This document shows, in pieces, positions 50,501-63,500 of a stretch of 64,000 nt of DNA. Below the pieces are notes generated by a model that was given only the letters and a program-made list of their open reading frames with translations, ran no database searches and had not been told where the DNA came from. The position numbers were made by a program, and so were the translations under genes. This DNA is from Anthoceros angustus (lineage: Eukaryota; Plantae; Anthocerotophyta), in the NCBI GenBank assembly GCA_010909165.1, contig MU008205.1:346130-410129 (forward strand), in the 5' to 3' direction. Numbering within the stretch: the stretch's first letter is position 1; each line of letters starts with the position of its first letter.

Positions 50501-52105
50501 CCGCCCGCCTCGTCCACGGCGCCTCGCCTCTTGAAGAAAAAAGCACTCTTGAGTTGCTTGTTGTGGCTCCACGTGTCTTGTGAAGACCATTTGCACGCTC
50601 TTCAGAGAGGAGTGCACCCAAAACTTCTTCGAGAGTGATGTCGGGTGTGTTGCTTGCACCCGCTGCTTGGACTGCCGCACGAATGGTTGCATTCTGGCTT
50701 CCAACAAAATTCTAGTAGCTTTCTGGGAGCGAGGCTAGCAAGCTGACAGCAACTTGTACCTTGGTGAAGATGTTTCCACAGTAGGCCAAATTGGCTCTAC
50801 AAGTCCGAAACTTGTTGATGTAAGCTTCGACTGGCTCTCCTTCTTTCATCCTTAAATTAAAGAAGTCCCTATACGAGTGTATCGTGATTGAGCTTTTATC
50901 TCGTAGATCCGCTAAACACTTTCCACACATCGCAAAGATTAACAAAGACCTATGGTGTGAGGAATCATGTTTCTATCCAGGGAAAAAATAAGAATAGACC
51001 TAGCACGCCTATCTTTGCGATCCCAATCAAGCTGCTTATCAGCAGTTCTAGCTGGAGTTGTCACTTTTGGGTCTGACCCATCTGCAATCTCCATGAGCTC
51101 ATTCTCTTCTAGAATGTGGGTGACTCTTAAAGCCCAGATATTGTAATCAACACCATTAAACCTATCTTTATCTCTGAATTCAATCTTGAGAGGAGGTAAA
51201 GGTGTTCCCATGGTTGCAGGAATTACAGGGTTGATGACCAACTGACTAGCTCTATGCAAGAGGGCTGCAGGAGAAAAATCCCACAAGGAATAATCTATAG
51301 GCTCAAACAGAAATGAAAGGTCATACACTTCATTCTCTGACTCCGAGTTCTGAGACATCGTGCATAAGCTTGAGTTGTGCCTTCTCTTAATGAGAAGGGC
51401 TCCCACTGTTTGAAGCACCATGGGTTGCGGCGTCTTTCTCCATAAAGTTCTTGCAGATGGTATCAAGAATCATGAGACTTCCCGACATTTGTTTGATCAA
51501 ATCAGCCTGGACCTTCACACGTTGCTGGAGTGAAACAAGTTGGAGTCGAAGCTTGCAAATCTCGTCTTCTTGGGGTTTGATCGCGTCAAAACTCTCAGCC
51601 TTCTGAGAGTTCAACAATCACTCCTGGGGGGAAGTTGTCGTTGAGCAGGGTGATAACCTTCTCAATCTTCAGAGATTGTGGTGCGAAACGCTCTAATCGT
51701 TCCTCTTTTTGACAATCTGAGCACAAGATAGGGCAGCGAGGAGGGCCACGTGAGATTGGCTTGGCGTTGCGTCTTGCGGCTATTGCCAGGCCTCTTTTCT
51801 TCGTCATGTTGCCTCAAAAATGATGCCGCTCGCTTGCCCACAACGCGTTCCTGCGATCAACATCTAAAAAAAAAGTTTCCACTACTCTGATACCATAAAG
51901 TAATCAGGAGCTTCTGCATAGTGCTAAGAACAGATCGCAGGCCGTGGCTGGCGAACAAGGAATGCAGAGACATATACAAAGTGAGGTTACAGATGGTTCT
52001 TAAATAGTGTGGAAATGGTAACCGCTGCAACTGCAAATGCGAACTACCACAACTGCTGCAGTAACATGTGGTAAAGCACGTTTACTAAACATGTAAATCC
52101 CAATA
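47551..52105 (-). mobile_element. 3'-truncated Ty1/copia element (Copia-2)
   Basis: LTR at about 51896-52105, PBS ctctgatacca at 51885-51895, gag RDKDRFNGVDYNIW, protease WFLDSGATNH, WHCRLGH, integrase LRTDNGGEY, RT YKARLVAKGYSQ and YVDD. RNase H and the 3' LTR are absent. Confidence 0.92.
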
Positions 52106-52733
52106 GCCAGGAAGGGGCTCCGGCAGCTGCCCTATCTGTCATTTCACAAGTCCATGACGTCAAGCACTCCGATGGAAGTTTCGCAGACACTCACCGTTTC
52201 GTCTTTCTCCCTTTCTTCACGATGTTTCCGTTCGTCACAGTCCACAAGCTGCATTCAAACCTTCGTCACAGAACACAGGCTTCTTCTAGACAATGGGAAG
52301 GGAAGGGGAGCGAAGAGCGAAGGGAAGGAATGGAACGTTAGCAACTGTCTGTCAGCTGCCCGTTCACTCGGTTGTCGAAGACCAGAAGTAAAACTCATGA
52401 CAAGCATGGTGGGCTACACGGCGGCGCTTAAAAATCAGGCGGGCAGGTTCGTCGGAGGGACCGGTGCCGTCCACGGCATGTGCGAAGTACGATGAGGCTG
52501 CATCAAATCCGCCCGATGGGTTTTTCTCGCCTGATAGTTGAGCCCACCAGGCCCGTGCAAGGTGAGAACACAAGGAGGGTGTCATACCTTGCCCATGTTC
52601 TCCGCTTTGGAGTGTCCTTAACAGTAAGGATTGGGTTAGTCACCAGCGTTTACTTTGCAAATGCGCAGTGTGGGCATTGGAATGCTTCAGAGATCCCGAG
52701 TTCCGGTGAGGGATTGGTCGAGAGCACAGAGCC

Positions 52734-55700
52734 ATGGAATTCATAGACGAATCTCACAAAGTGATAGGACGAGTAAACATCCTAGTGCTCTATGATCCCA
52801 ATGTGAAAATCCTTCTCAATAGAAGGTTGTGCGAGCTGGTGGTCCGACTGTACAACGTAGCAAGTAGGCACTGCCTGCCAGTGTGGAAGAGATGTGAAGC
52901 CGCTATTCCGAAGTGCCAGCTAGCGCTTATGGAGTTCTACAGGCAGCTGATCCTTGGGGAAACCCTGGTTCAAAGCTCCAGTTCCCAGCACTTTTGGAAG
53001 CTCAGGAAGCTGGGAGATAAAGTGCAGTATCTGCACTCCTGTGACAGGTGACTTGATGGGAATGGGGAATGCCTTGACTGACGGCTGCAGCTACTGCTAC
53101 AGCTACTTCCTTGAACTGGTGCTAAGCATGACATCTGTTTTCGCTGTAGCGCCTTGCGAGACTGGGAGGACGTGACGATCACTAAGGGGAAGCCGACTCT
53201 GTTACCGTGCGACCGGCTGAGGCATCACGTGCAACTAGTCCAGGAGAAGGACCAGTTATCTGTCAAGCATTCCTGTCTCTGTGCTGGTGGCTGTGATCAG
53301 GAGAGTGTTCCTCTGCGATTCCGGGAGGGCAAAGTCATCAGTCTTCCTTGTATCAGTGAGCACTGGTTGAAACTCTCGATTGTGGGAGCACCCCAAGGAG
53401 CATTTGTTGTTCAGTCCCTTCTGGACCTATATTGGCACATGATACAAGTGAACAGGTCACTTTTTGTGAGTGAGAGGCACGAACAGACTAAGTCTTGTCG
53501 GGTTGCTCACAGGTGGCAGATTCTATGTTGTGGTGTCATTCTTTCTGACAAGTACCATAAGTATCTCGCGGCAGAGCGTGAGAAAGGTCTCGGCTCCTTT
53601 GCGCAGTGTCAAGAGGACTGTGAGCTGCTTTTGAAGAAACTTCAGTATGTCGCTGGTCAAGGTATGGAACCTCACAGTCAAGTTCTTCGGCTGGTCATAA
53701 ATTGTGTGTTTGTTTTATTGTGTTTGTGGACAGGCCCGGACATGTCGTTGTGTTTCCACTGTTGATGAAACTCTACATGTGCCCGTGCCTAGGTCCAAGA
53801 GTAGAACGTAAATCTCTCACCGAGGAAGAAGAGCTTCACAATCACAGGCATGACATTGCAACTTTTGTTTTGGAACAGTTGGCTGATCGTTATCAGGTTG
53901 CCGACAAGTACAGGATACATGATGATGGACGCAGCTCTCCATCTCCACAAAACCCATGGAGCAATACAGTGTGGCTGCCTCAATATCTCAACGTTGATGA
54001 CAACAAGGTAAAGTACTCCAGCACCCTCGGCTTCGGCTCCTTTGGAGTCGTAAGGGCATGTCAATACCTCGGAGAAAGTTTGGCTGCAAAATCGTTTTCT
54101 TATTCTACAAATCTCAGGGATACCTTCCCGAACGAGTTGAAAAGCCTGTACAAGCTTAAGCACTTCCACATTGTTCAACTGATGGGCTACAGTTACTCTG
54201 TTTCCACTGATCAAGAACGGCCAACAAGTCAATTGCTGGTTGAACTTATGGATCGTGATCTTTTGAAAAGAATAAATCCACCAGTTACCTGCCCATCTGC
54301 CACCCGTCTTGCACCATTTCCTCTCCATGTGGCTGTTGATATATTACTTCAGATCGCTAGAGGAATGAAATACTCTCATGAGAGTGGTGTAATGCATCGA
54401 GACCTGAAGGCTAGTAACATTCTGGTTAAGCGGATTATGTCCAACGGCAACTCAGAAGGAAATGATCTGTCTAACGAGGGTTATCTCTATGTGAAGCTGA
54501 CAGATTTTGGCTTGGCAACACAGTACAGGGATGCCAATCTGAGGAGTAATGTCGGAACCAGGTACTGGAGGGCCCCTGAGGTGCTTGGTGAGCAAGAATA
54601 CAGTAAACCAGCAGACGTCTACAGCTTTGCAGTCACTTGCTGTGAAGTCTTTGGAGGAAAACCAGCTGAGAAGTGGTCGAAGAGGTGGGTCGGCGAACTT
54701 TATCCTGCTCTCATGCAAGGTGAAAGGCCCTCCGTTGGAAATTGTCCAGCCTATTTGGTGGACTACATCGGGCGGTGTTGGGACACAGAGCCTGGAAACA
54801 GACCCTCTTTTGTTGATATTTGCGTTGTCCTCCTCCACTACAAGAGTGTGCTTATGAAGCCTGACTTTGACCCGAGTGCTGATTATCGGATTTCAACAGA
54901 AGAAGACATGATTGAGCTCGCTTGTCAGGGCGGCCTCAAATGGTTAACAAGAGAGGTTTTGAACCATGGGATCGACAGGGTAGATGTAGATTCCAACTAC
55001 TCGAGGATCCCCAAGGACGTCTTCCTGGACTGCCTCGGTAAATGGGAGTACCCTAAGCCAAAATCAGGTGATACTACACCACTAGCAAGTCCCTCAGCAC
55101 CTAGTCTGAACTTGTCTGCTGGCGTGGAGCTTTCTGGTCAGGACTCTTCGGGTAGTTTGTTGGAAGGTTTTGAGAAGCTCTGTGTAGTCCACTATGAGTG
55201 GCAGGATGTGCTTAAGGGTCTCCCGGAAGCCTGGGTACATGTGGGAGACCACTATGCCTCGTGGGGAACGGAAGGTCACGACTTCGAAAATGCTCTTAAG
55301 TGGTTTGAGAAAGCTTCTAGTCATGGTCATCCAGATGCCTTCGTCAGGGTTGGAATGTGCTATGAGTCTGGATATGGTACGGAGAGGAATTTTGAGTTAG
55401 CTGTACAGAACTATGAAAAAGCAGCCAGCAAACACTCCTCAGCAGGGTACGTGTATCTTGGCCTCGCCTATACAGCAAGCGCGGACCGAAAAGAAGAGGG
55501 ATTGCAGTTCTGGCAGAAGGTTGTTTCGATTGAACCAGCAGTATGCATGTCTTGTAGGAGAGACATATTAGTCATGTCTGTCATGTCTTTCTATCAGGCT
55601 GATACTTGTTACTTCTGTCCCTTCCTTCTGTACAGGCAGTGGATTATCAGAACGCAAGCAAAGCAAGCATTTCAATCATCAAACTGCTCATCAACATCAT

Positions 55701-56370
55701 GCTTTGCAGTGTCGAGGATTCTGAAAATGTATACGCGAATGGTGTCAACAAGCTTTTGAGGATGACTATGAAGGAGAATTCTATCGGCCGTAAGCTTGTT
55801 GCTGGTGCGGCCCCCAAGTGTGCCAACGTCAGACTGGTCGTTGATGCTGTAAGGAAGACGACCGTGAACGACAAGCGACGCTCAACCAAGGTCGCAATCC
55901 TTCGAAATTTATCCACAGAGCCCGACATTGCAGAAAAGATCAGAGAAGCTGGAGGCGCCCAGGTGAGCTATCACCTGAATCAGGAGACTTCGCTGCTGCT
56001 GCACCTGCGATTCTCTGAACTCCAGCTGTGTCAATGTGTATTTCAGCTCTCTCAAGCTTCTTTTGTCTGGCAGGTGTTAATCAGTCTTTTGAAAGAGAGC
56101 TGGGAGCCGGACAGTAAATTAGTTTCCAAAATTCTTGTGGAAACATTCTGCAATGTCATCCACGCGCCTATCAAGCAGGAGGAAGTTCTTCAAAGTTTTC
56201 GGCAGGACAGCAGAAATCCCGCGTCGGGCCTAACACCGGAGGAAATGGAGAAATTTCGCTGTATAATTCAAACCTACCTCCACGGCCTGGAAGAGAACCG
56301 TACCAGCTCACCTGAAGGGTTTCAACAAACCCAAAGCTTAACCCCAGAACGACGGAACCACTCAAATTGA
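52734..56370 (+). CDS. DUF1221/HeLo-like (plant MLKL-type) N-terminal domain + TKL protein kinase + SEL1-like repeats + ARM repeat
   Basis: Proposed exons 52734-53047, 53150-53661 (possible 57-nt intron at 53456-53512), 53793-55519, 55636-55962 and 56074-56370; all GT-AG and phase-compatible. N-terminus ILLNRRLCELVV...LMEFYRQL..GETLV; kinase GFGSFG, LAAK, HRDLKASN, DFG, GTRYWRAPE, DVYSF; SEL1 ALKWFEKASSHGHPDAFVRVGMCYESGYGTERNFELAVQNYEKAA; ARM LRNLS...IREAGGAQVLISLL. Confidence 0.85.
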
Positions 56371-56675
56371 GTAGTTTGCTCTACGTTCTGGGCCTTTCTA
56401 GCGGCTCTGTGCGCCGAAAACTCTTGGAAAAATCACAGTCTGAGTGGCAGCATCCGGTGCATCTCTCTTGCAAAGAACGGCTCAGTTCGACACAAATTTA
56501 GTCTTCCAATCGAAAAATTTCTGCACTTTCTGTGATGCACTCAACTCTGGCAACCTTGCAGAAGAGTGTTCAGAAGTGTGTGTGTGTTCCACATCCTGCT
56601 GAGGATCTGCGCACTCCCTTCCAGCAACCTTCAGCTCATGGTGGTCAGTTTCTTCTTTCTTGTTGAAATTACCAA

Positions 56676-56687
56676 TGTCCTTGTCCT

Positions 56688-56721
<34 letters not shown>
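56676..56721. repeat. (TGTCCC)n microsatellite
   Basis: About 7 hexamer units. Confidence 0.9.
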
Positions 56722-56722
<1 letters not shown>

Positions 56723-56908
56723 CACCCCTGTACTCCACTTGCGACAGACGTCTGAAACTTTTAACTGATGCTTGAGAACAGAAAGCTTGCTCTCATTTGT
56801 CTCACCATCGATCCGCCCAGGCCAGGAAGCCTCTTGCCATGGGCAGAGTAAACATGAGAAGTGCCAAACCGGGGCCTGCCATGTCCACACGTGACAGTCA
56901 CTGCTCTC

Positions 56909-59900
56909 TGTTAGAATAGATTACGCACTCAGCATGTTTACGATGCACTTATTTGAGATGCATTAATTTATGTTCATTTAATTGGTTAGGGTTTTGCACC
57001 TCATCAGTCACGACGGTTCGTCTTGCACCATCATGCGACTCTTAATTGTACTTGCTTGTTTAATCGGTCAGTTACTTTGCATAAACTCGTGATGGTATCA
57101 GAGCATCAGGGCGCTTAGCACGAGAATGAATGACAGATGCACTGCAAGGCACATCCCGTACTGTGGCAGGATGGATGCCAAAAGCATGTGCATCGCCGGA
57201 GACACCATGATGGCCGAGAAGGTCATCAAACTTACTTCGTACAGAATCTTTGCTGTATCTTCTGCCCGCGATGGCCCGTAGGAGGTGCCATTGCTCTACA
57301 ACGCCTTAATTGCGGGTGGCCGTCTACCACAGCCAGCCGAAAGGATTACCCACAATCCGAACAGCCATACACTTCACCGCACGTCCGACAAACTCAACTA
57401 ATTCCCTCTGCGAAATGCAAGCTACTCTTGATGAATTGGCAAACGAACAAGATCGCGTTTTCACTATCTTGGATCGTAGAACTCGAAACCTTGAGAGGAT
57501 CATTGAACTTGTTCTTCAAATTGTGACCCGCAACGTCGCGTCGGTTGGTGGAGGATGCCATACACCTCTTCTCCTGTCCGATGACAATTGCCACAGCAAT
57601 CTTCTCTACAGTTGGTAGCACTCTGCAGCAACAATAGCAAATTACTTGAGGAATCTGGCCAACTTAACAATGGCAACTGTGGTGCATTATATACAATGTG
57701 GAAATCAAAGATCGAGATCGTTTTAATGGGCAGGACTACGACACTTGGGTTGTTCGAATGACTTCCATCCTCGACGAGGCTGACCTCATGGGTGTGGTGG
57801 ATGGCAATCGATCCGTATGGTCCTAGATGCTACTACCAAATCAAGCGGCCGTTATGCAAGAAGAAGATAAAAAGGCAAGGAAGTCATCCTGTTGGCCTCG
57901 ATGTTTGGGAAATTGTGGATACCCATTTCCCAACCAGAACCAATGTATTATTCAAGAGATAGTCAAATTCAACAAGGCAACAAAATTGCATTTGTCATTT
58001 TACTATCCGGGTTTGGATGAGGCCACCGTGATGTAGGTTGAGTTTCTACCAATCGCACCGACGCTGAGACAAATCATGGATACTATCAAGTGCGTAATAT
58101 TCTAACCTTAGTTGCTAAGAAATGACTTCTATGGGTTAAGAATGAAGGAAGGAGACACGATAGAGCGCACATCGGAAATGGATACCTCTCCATGCTTGGA
58201 AGCAAGCTTGAGGATATTGATGTGGCTCACCTTCATCCAGCCTCCCTCCTTCCTATCAAAGAATTAATTTGTCTCAAGTCAATTCGCTATGCTCTTCAGT
58301 ATCCGCAGTGAAAGCCGAATCGCACCCACTCTACCCTCAATGAGCTCATTGGCGCCTACATCAAGAGGAACAGAGACACGATCTGCACCGCAAGGGTGCG
58401 ACGGACAAGGTCCTTGTTGCATCCAAGGGAAAACGTTTGGATAGGGGAGAGACAAGTGGAAAAAGAAAAAGTACACAACACCTGCTCCCGCTGCTGCCAA
58501 ACGTGAAGGTACCTACAATTGGTGTCAAATTCAGTCACCGAACGAGATTATCGCAAAAGAAGAAGGTCAGGTGAGCCACGGAAGGATTCCAAACCTCTAG
58601 TTCATGTGGCTTCCAAGGGATCTTCCTCGCAGGCCGCTTCTAAGAGTAGCTCTGCACTACCTGGCCCCATTTACCTTCGTGAAGTCTCCCACTTTGGTTC
58701 ATAGACTGGCCATGCCCCATGTCTCAGAATAATTGACTGCTTCTCAACCTTCCAAAGTCAAGGAGAAGTGCTTGGTCTATGTGGGGATTCTCGGGAGTTG
58801 ATATGAAGGGTAGTGGTTCACATACCTGCCGATGGTTCACGCTGTAAATTGCCGGATGTTCTCTGCTCGGAATGTAAGAATTTGCTCTCTATAAGAGCTC
58901 TTACACAACTGCCTTTTGGTTTTGATTTGAATTGAACACGTCAGTAAGATTTCCACCGATTTGCATAGCAAGAGGTGTCCTGTTAATGAACTTATCGCCT
59001 ACAAGTGTCCCAAGTTTAGCAAAATTGCTCCTACATCGGCAAAATCAAGGTCAACTGCGGGTGCATGCTCGCCTTGGTCATATCAACAAGGCAAAATTGA
59101 GTTTGATGTCTTCTATGGGTATCACAAGGAGAAACTTCCAGCTCAATTCAAGGACCTTGGGCTATGCGTAATTTGAGGAGCAAATAAGTAGGGTTTGCTT
59201 TTTTAGGATTGAAGGATAAATAAGGGAAGGAGGAATAAATTGGCAAGGAAGCTGATCCTTGCTGGCCTCGATGTTTGGGAAATTGTGGATGGCTCCATTT
59301 CCCAACCAGGAACCAATGCATTACCCGAAGAGATAGTCAAATTCAACAAAGGCAACAAAATTGCATTTGTCATTTTACTATCTGGTTTGGATGAGGCCAC
59401 TGTGACAGAGGTTGAGTTTCTACCAACTGCAGCCGACGTCTGGAGACAACTGAAGGACAGCTATCAAGTGCAGAACATTCTAACCTTAGTTGCTGCAAGA
59501 AATGACTTCTATGGGTTAAGAATGAAGGAAGGAGACACGATAGGAGCGCACATCAGCAAATTTAGATACCTCTCCATGCTTGGAAGCAAGCTTGAGGATA
59601 TTGATGTTGTGGCTCAGCTTCTATCCAGCCTCCCTCCTTCCTATCGAATTTGTCTCAAGTCAATTCTTCGCTATGCTCTTCCGTATCCGCAGTTGAAAGC
59701 GAATCGCACCCACTCTTACCCTCAATGAGCTCATTGGCGCCTACATCAAGAGGAATGAGTAGGACACGATCCGGTGGTACCTGCAAGGGTGCGACGACAA
59801 GGTCCTTGTTGCATCCAAGGGAAAACGTTTGGATAGGGAGAGACAAGTGAAAAGAAAAGTACACAACACCGCCTCCCGCTGAAACGTGAAGGTACCTACA

Positions 59901-60511
59901 ATTGGTGTCAAATTCAGTCACCTGGAACGAGATTATCGCGAAGAAGAAGGTGAGCCACGGAAGGATTCCAAACCTCTAGTTCATGGGCTCCTAAGGATCT
60001 TCCTCGCAGCCGCTTCTAAGAGTAGCTCTGCACTACTGGCTCGCCTTTCTTCGTGAAGTCTCCCACTTTGGTTCATAGACTGGCGATGCCATGTCTCAGA
60101 ATAATTGACTGCTCAACCTTCCAAAGTGGGCTTGGTCTATGGGGATTCTCGGGAGTTGATATGAAGGGTAGTGGTTCACACATACCTCTGGCGATGGTTC
60201 CGCTGCCGTGGATGTTCTCGCTCGGAATGTCAAGAATTTGCTCTCTATAAGAGCTCTTACACAATCACTTGGTTGGGTTCATTTGAATTGAATAACGTCA
60301 TTGATAAGATTTCCAGCCGATTTGTGCATAGCAAGAGGTGTCCTGTTAATGAACTTTATCAGCTACTGCTTGTCCCAAGTTTAGTACTGTTCCTACATCG
60401 CAAAATCAAGGTCAACTGTGGCATGCTCGCCTTGGTCATATCAACAAAAAATTGAGTTTGATGTCTTCTATGGATCATCAAGGAGAAACTTCCAGCTCAA
60501 TTCAAGGACCT
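56909..60511 (+). mobile_element. 5' part of a Ty1/copia element (Copia-3) with a duplicated gag-PR block
   Basis: LTR at about 56909-57092 (TGTTAG...GTGA), PBS TGGTATCAGAGC at 57093-57104, gag KDRDRFNGQDYDTW and FYGLRMKEGDTI, HARLGH. Block 57880-59240 is repeated at 59255-60595. Interrupted at 60512. Confidence 0.85.
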
Positions 60512-63500
60512 TGTGGGCTAATTTCGAGGAAGAAATAAGTAGGGTTTCTTTAGGATTGAAGGATAAATAAGGCGAAAAGGAGGAATAAATTGGGGTAGCG
60601 CCGGACGAGGCCCGAGTATACTCCGGACTGAGTGAACAACGGACCTGCATTACCATGGCAAGCTCCGACTACGCCGAGTAACGGATAAGTCCGAACCCAC
60701 CCTGTGTCAAAACAGGATAAGTACGCTGTGGAAAGTAACCCAGGAGCGAGGCGTGAGGATGACGAGGCGGCGCCACGCGGACGGCCCCGAGTGGAGGTCG
60801 CATGCGAGGTCGTGACCGTAACCTGGCCGCAGGGTATTCACGCGCGCGCGCGCGAAGGCCGCAGGCTAAGCGAGGGTCGTAAGCCATGCACTCGCGCTAC
60901 GGACAACGAAGAGGCGCCTTCCGCCAGCTATTTCCACAAGCGCGCCAAGGAGGGAGGTCATTCACCCGCAGCCTCCATAATCCTCGCCCTTGCGCCCGCA
61001 ATCCGCCTATCTTTTGGGCGCCGCCAGAGCGCGCTCACCGTCAAGGTTGGAGCAACGCGCGAGGAGGAACATCGTGCCGACCCGCCAGCAGCCTACAAGA
61101 ACAAGAGGAGGAGAAGGCAATGGCACCCAAAAGCCGGAAGTCTGGGAGCCATGGACCGTGGAGCGCAACATTGTGACCCGCTATCCGGACTTGAGACCTG
61201 GTGGAGGCGGGGAATTGGTGGGAATGGCATGGATGTTCCAAATGCGGACCTGACAGCGTCACTCTAGTCAGGGAGTTTGCGGAAGATCTTGGCGGCGGCA
61301 ACAAGGAGGTCGATCAAGAACCTCGAGGACCCGGCGATGGACCTTGGAGGTCTGAGGATGGCCCTTAGAAGGAGGAAGAAGGGGCGTGGTGCAGGCCCCT
61401 TAAGGCGAAGGGAAGATAGGGCCAGCCAGTGGCGATCTTTGAGGCACAGGCAACAACCAGGATGGTTGATATCCGTCTGCTGGGCGGTCGAGTAAGGCGG
61501 TAGCCGGATCATTGTCCATTGGAACACCACTGCTCACCAAGGTGGATCACCTTGGTGATAACTGTTAGTATTCATGCGCTCCGGTGGAAGAGGCGGGTGG
61601 GAAGGATTATCTTCGCCGGTTCGATCGGGAGGCGCAAGCTAAGGGCGAAGCCCTGCCATCGGTGACCCCCACGATTCATGTATGGGGACATTTGAGCTCT
61701 GAAGGAGGAGAGCTTGAGCAGGCGCTCGGGAAGGCTGAGGCCACGAGTAGGCGTGCAAGGCGCAGGGTGGGGGTCCTTGAGACCAAGCGGACTCGGGAGG
61801 AGGCCGGGAGGGATTCCGGACTCCATCGTGGGCGAACCCCTCACCACCCGGGAAGTTTGGGAGGAGATTCCCCTTCCTCCTTTTGGTGCCCCTCCGGGCC
61901 GGCAGGAGGAGGCGATCTTGGGCGTTGGCGGCTCCGGCACCGGAGCAACGACCAACAACCACGGGGCAGGCCCAGAACTCAGCGGGGCCGAAGAGGCGGA
62001 AGGCGGTGCCGCCTGGCGGCACCTCGGAAGGTGCGGTACCTTGCCGGGTGTAGGTGAGGCGGTGGGAGGCGAGAAAAGGGGCGAAGGAGGCGGAGGTCAG
62101 CAGCGGCCCCACCGAGTCTGTCCCGGAAGGGCAAAAGAGCTTGCTCCGGACCCCCTCACCTCCTCAGGCCCAGAAAGAGGGCACAAAGGAGTTAGAGGCC
62201 AAGAGGGCCAAGAGGGTGAGACTCGGACCTCACCACTCGGGACTGAGGTCTGATTAGGTCAGGAGAACCCAGTCCGGACTTACTCGGTGGTATGGAGGTC
62301 CTTGGCGGACCGAGAAATGCTCCCCTCGGACTTTGTGGGGGCCTCACCGGCGGCCGTGGAAGAAACAGAGTCTACCGTCATGGACGGAATGCTTTGGGGT
62401 CTCGTAGTGCAGCGGAGAAGACCCGAGTGGAGGCCACCGGAGGAGGATGGTGGAACTCAAGAGCAAGTGAAGGCGGCAGGCAAAGGAAAAGGCGGAGTCC
62501 CTCGCTCGGATCGAGGAGGAAGCGCCCGGGTGTGAGCCGCGAGGCCAGGCGGTTCAGAGGCCGGGCCAAGGTTCTTGTTGTCTGACAGTGAAACAAGCTC
62601 GAGAGGCCCAGCGGGCGGAGGACCTTTCGGCGAAGGGGAAGGCGGGAGGCGGAAGAGGCCGGGCAGCGAGAGAGCTCGGGACTGGCGGGCGGCCGGCTAG
62701 GCGGCGCCAAGTGGGCGAGCCAGTAAAGCGGCGAAGAGTCGGAGCCGCGGCAAGCGGCAGGATCACTACAGGCGTGATCGGGCCGGTGGAAAGTCGTATG
62801 ATGAGAGGCTAACTCGAAGGCCGCCTGGGCGACGAGGCGGTAGGAAGGAGGAGATGGAGGCCGGCACTCGGGAGATAGGAGATCTCAGTGCAGTGCGAAG
62901 TAGAGGAGGCGGCGGCGAGATGGAGGGCAGCAAGGACAGAGCTACAACTCCAAGATCGTCGGCGGCGGGTGATTCTCAGCGAGAATCCACGACTTGAGCA
63001 CGAAATAGAGTGCCTCGGCTCCGTCGAAGGCGGAGGAAAATCGGCGACTATCGAGGTTGGGCGTTGCCGGGCTACTGAAGGAGGCTGGAGGAAGTCGGGT
63101 CGGACGGATGTGACTTTGGAGAGGTGGCGGAGCTAAGGCGAGAATGAGCGGAGGAGGCGAGAAAAGGCTGGTCCGGTGAGAAGGCGGAAGGAGCAGCTGC
63201 GCTATGGCGGATGGTGGCAATGGAGAGGAAGCAGCGGGGCTGGGCGGGTGGAACAGCAAGCGTGCGGGGAGTGGCCGCCTTGTAGCCTCGCGTGTCTGAC
63301 CCGGCTCATTCTGGCGGAGAGGTGGCCCAACAAGCGGCACGCCCGGCTCCGGAACACTTATGGCGGAGGGAGTATCGGGTGCTCGGGCACCGTGGAAGAG
63401 CAATTCAACAAGTCGATTCGGACTTTGCCTATTACCTGTTGAGCTCACGAGCGATGAAGCCTCTCGGCCGCGCAAGCAGACGGACCCTGGAAGGCTCGGA

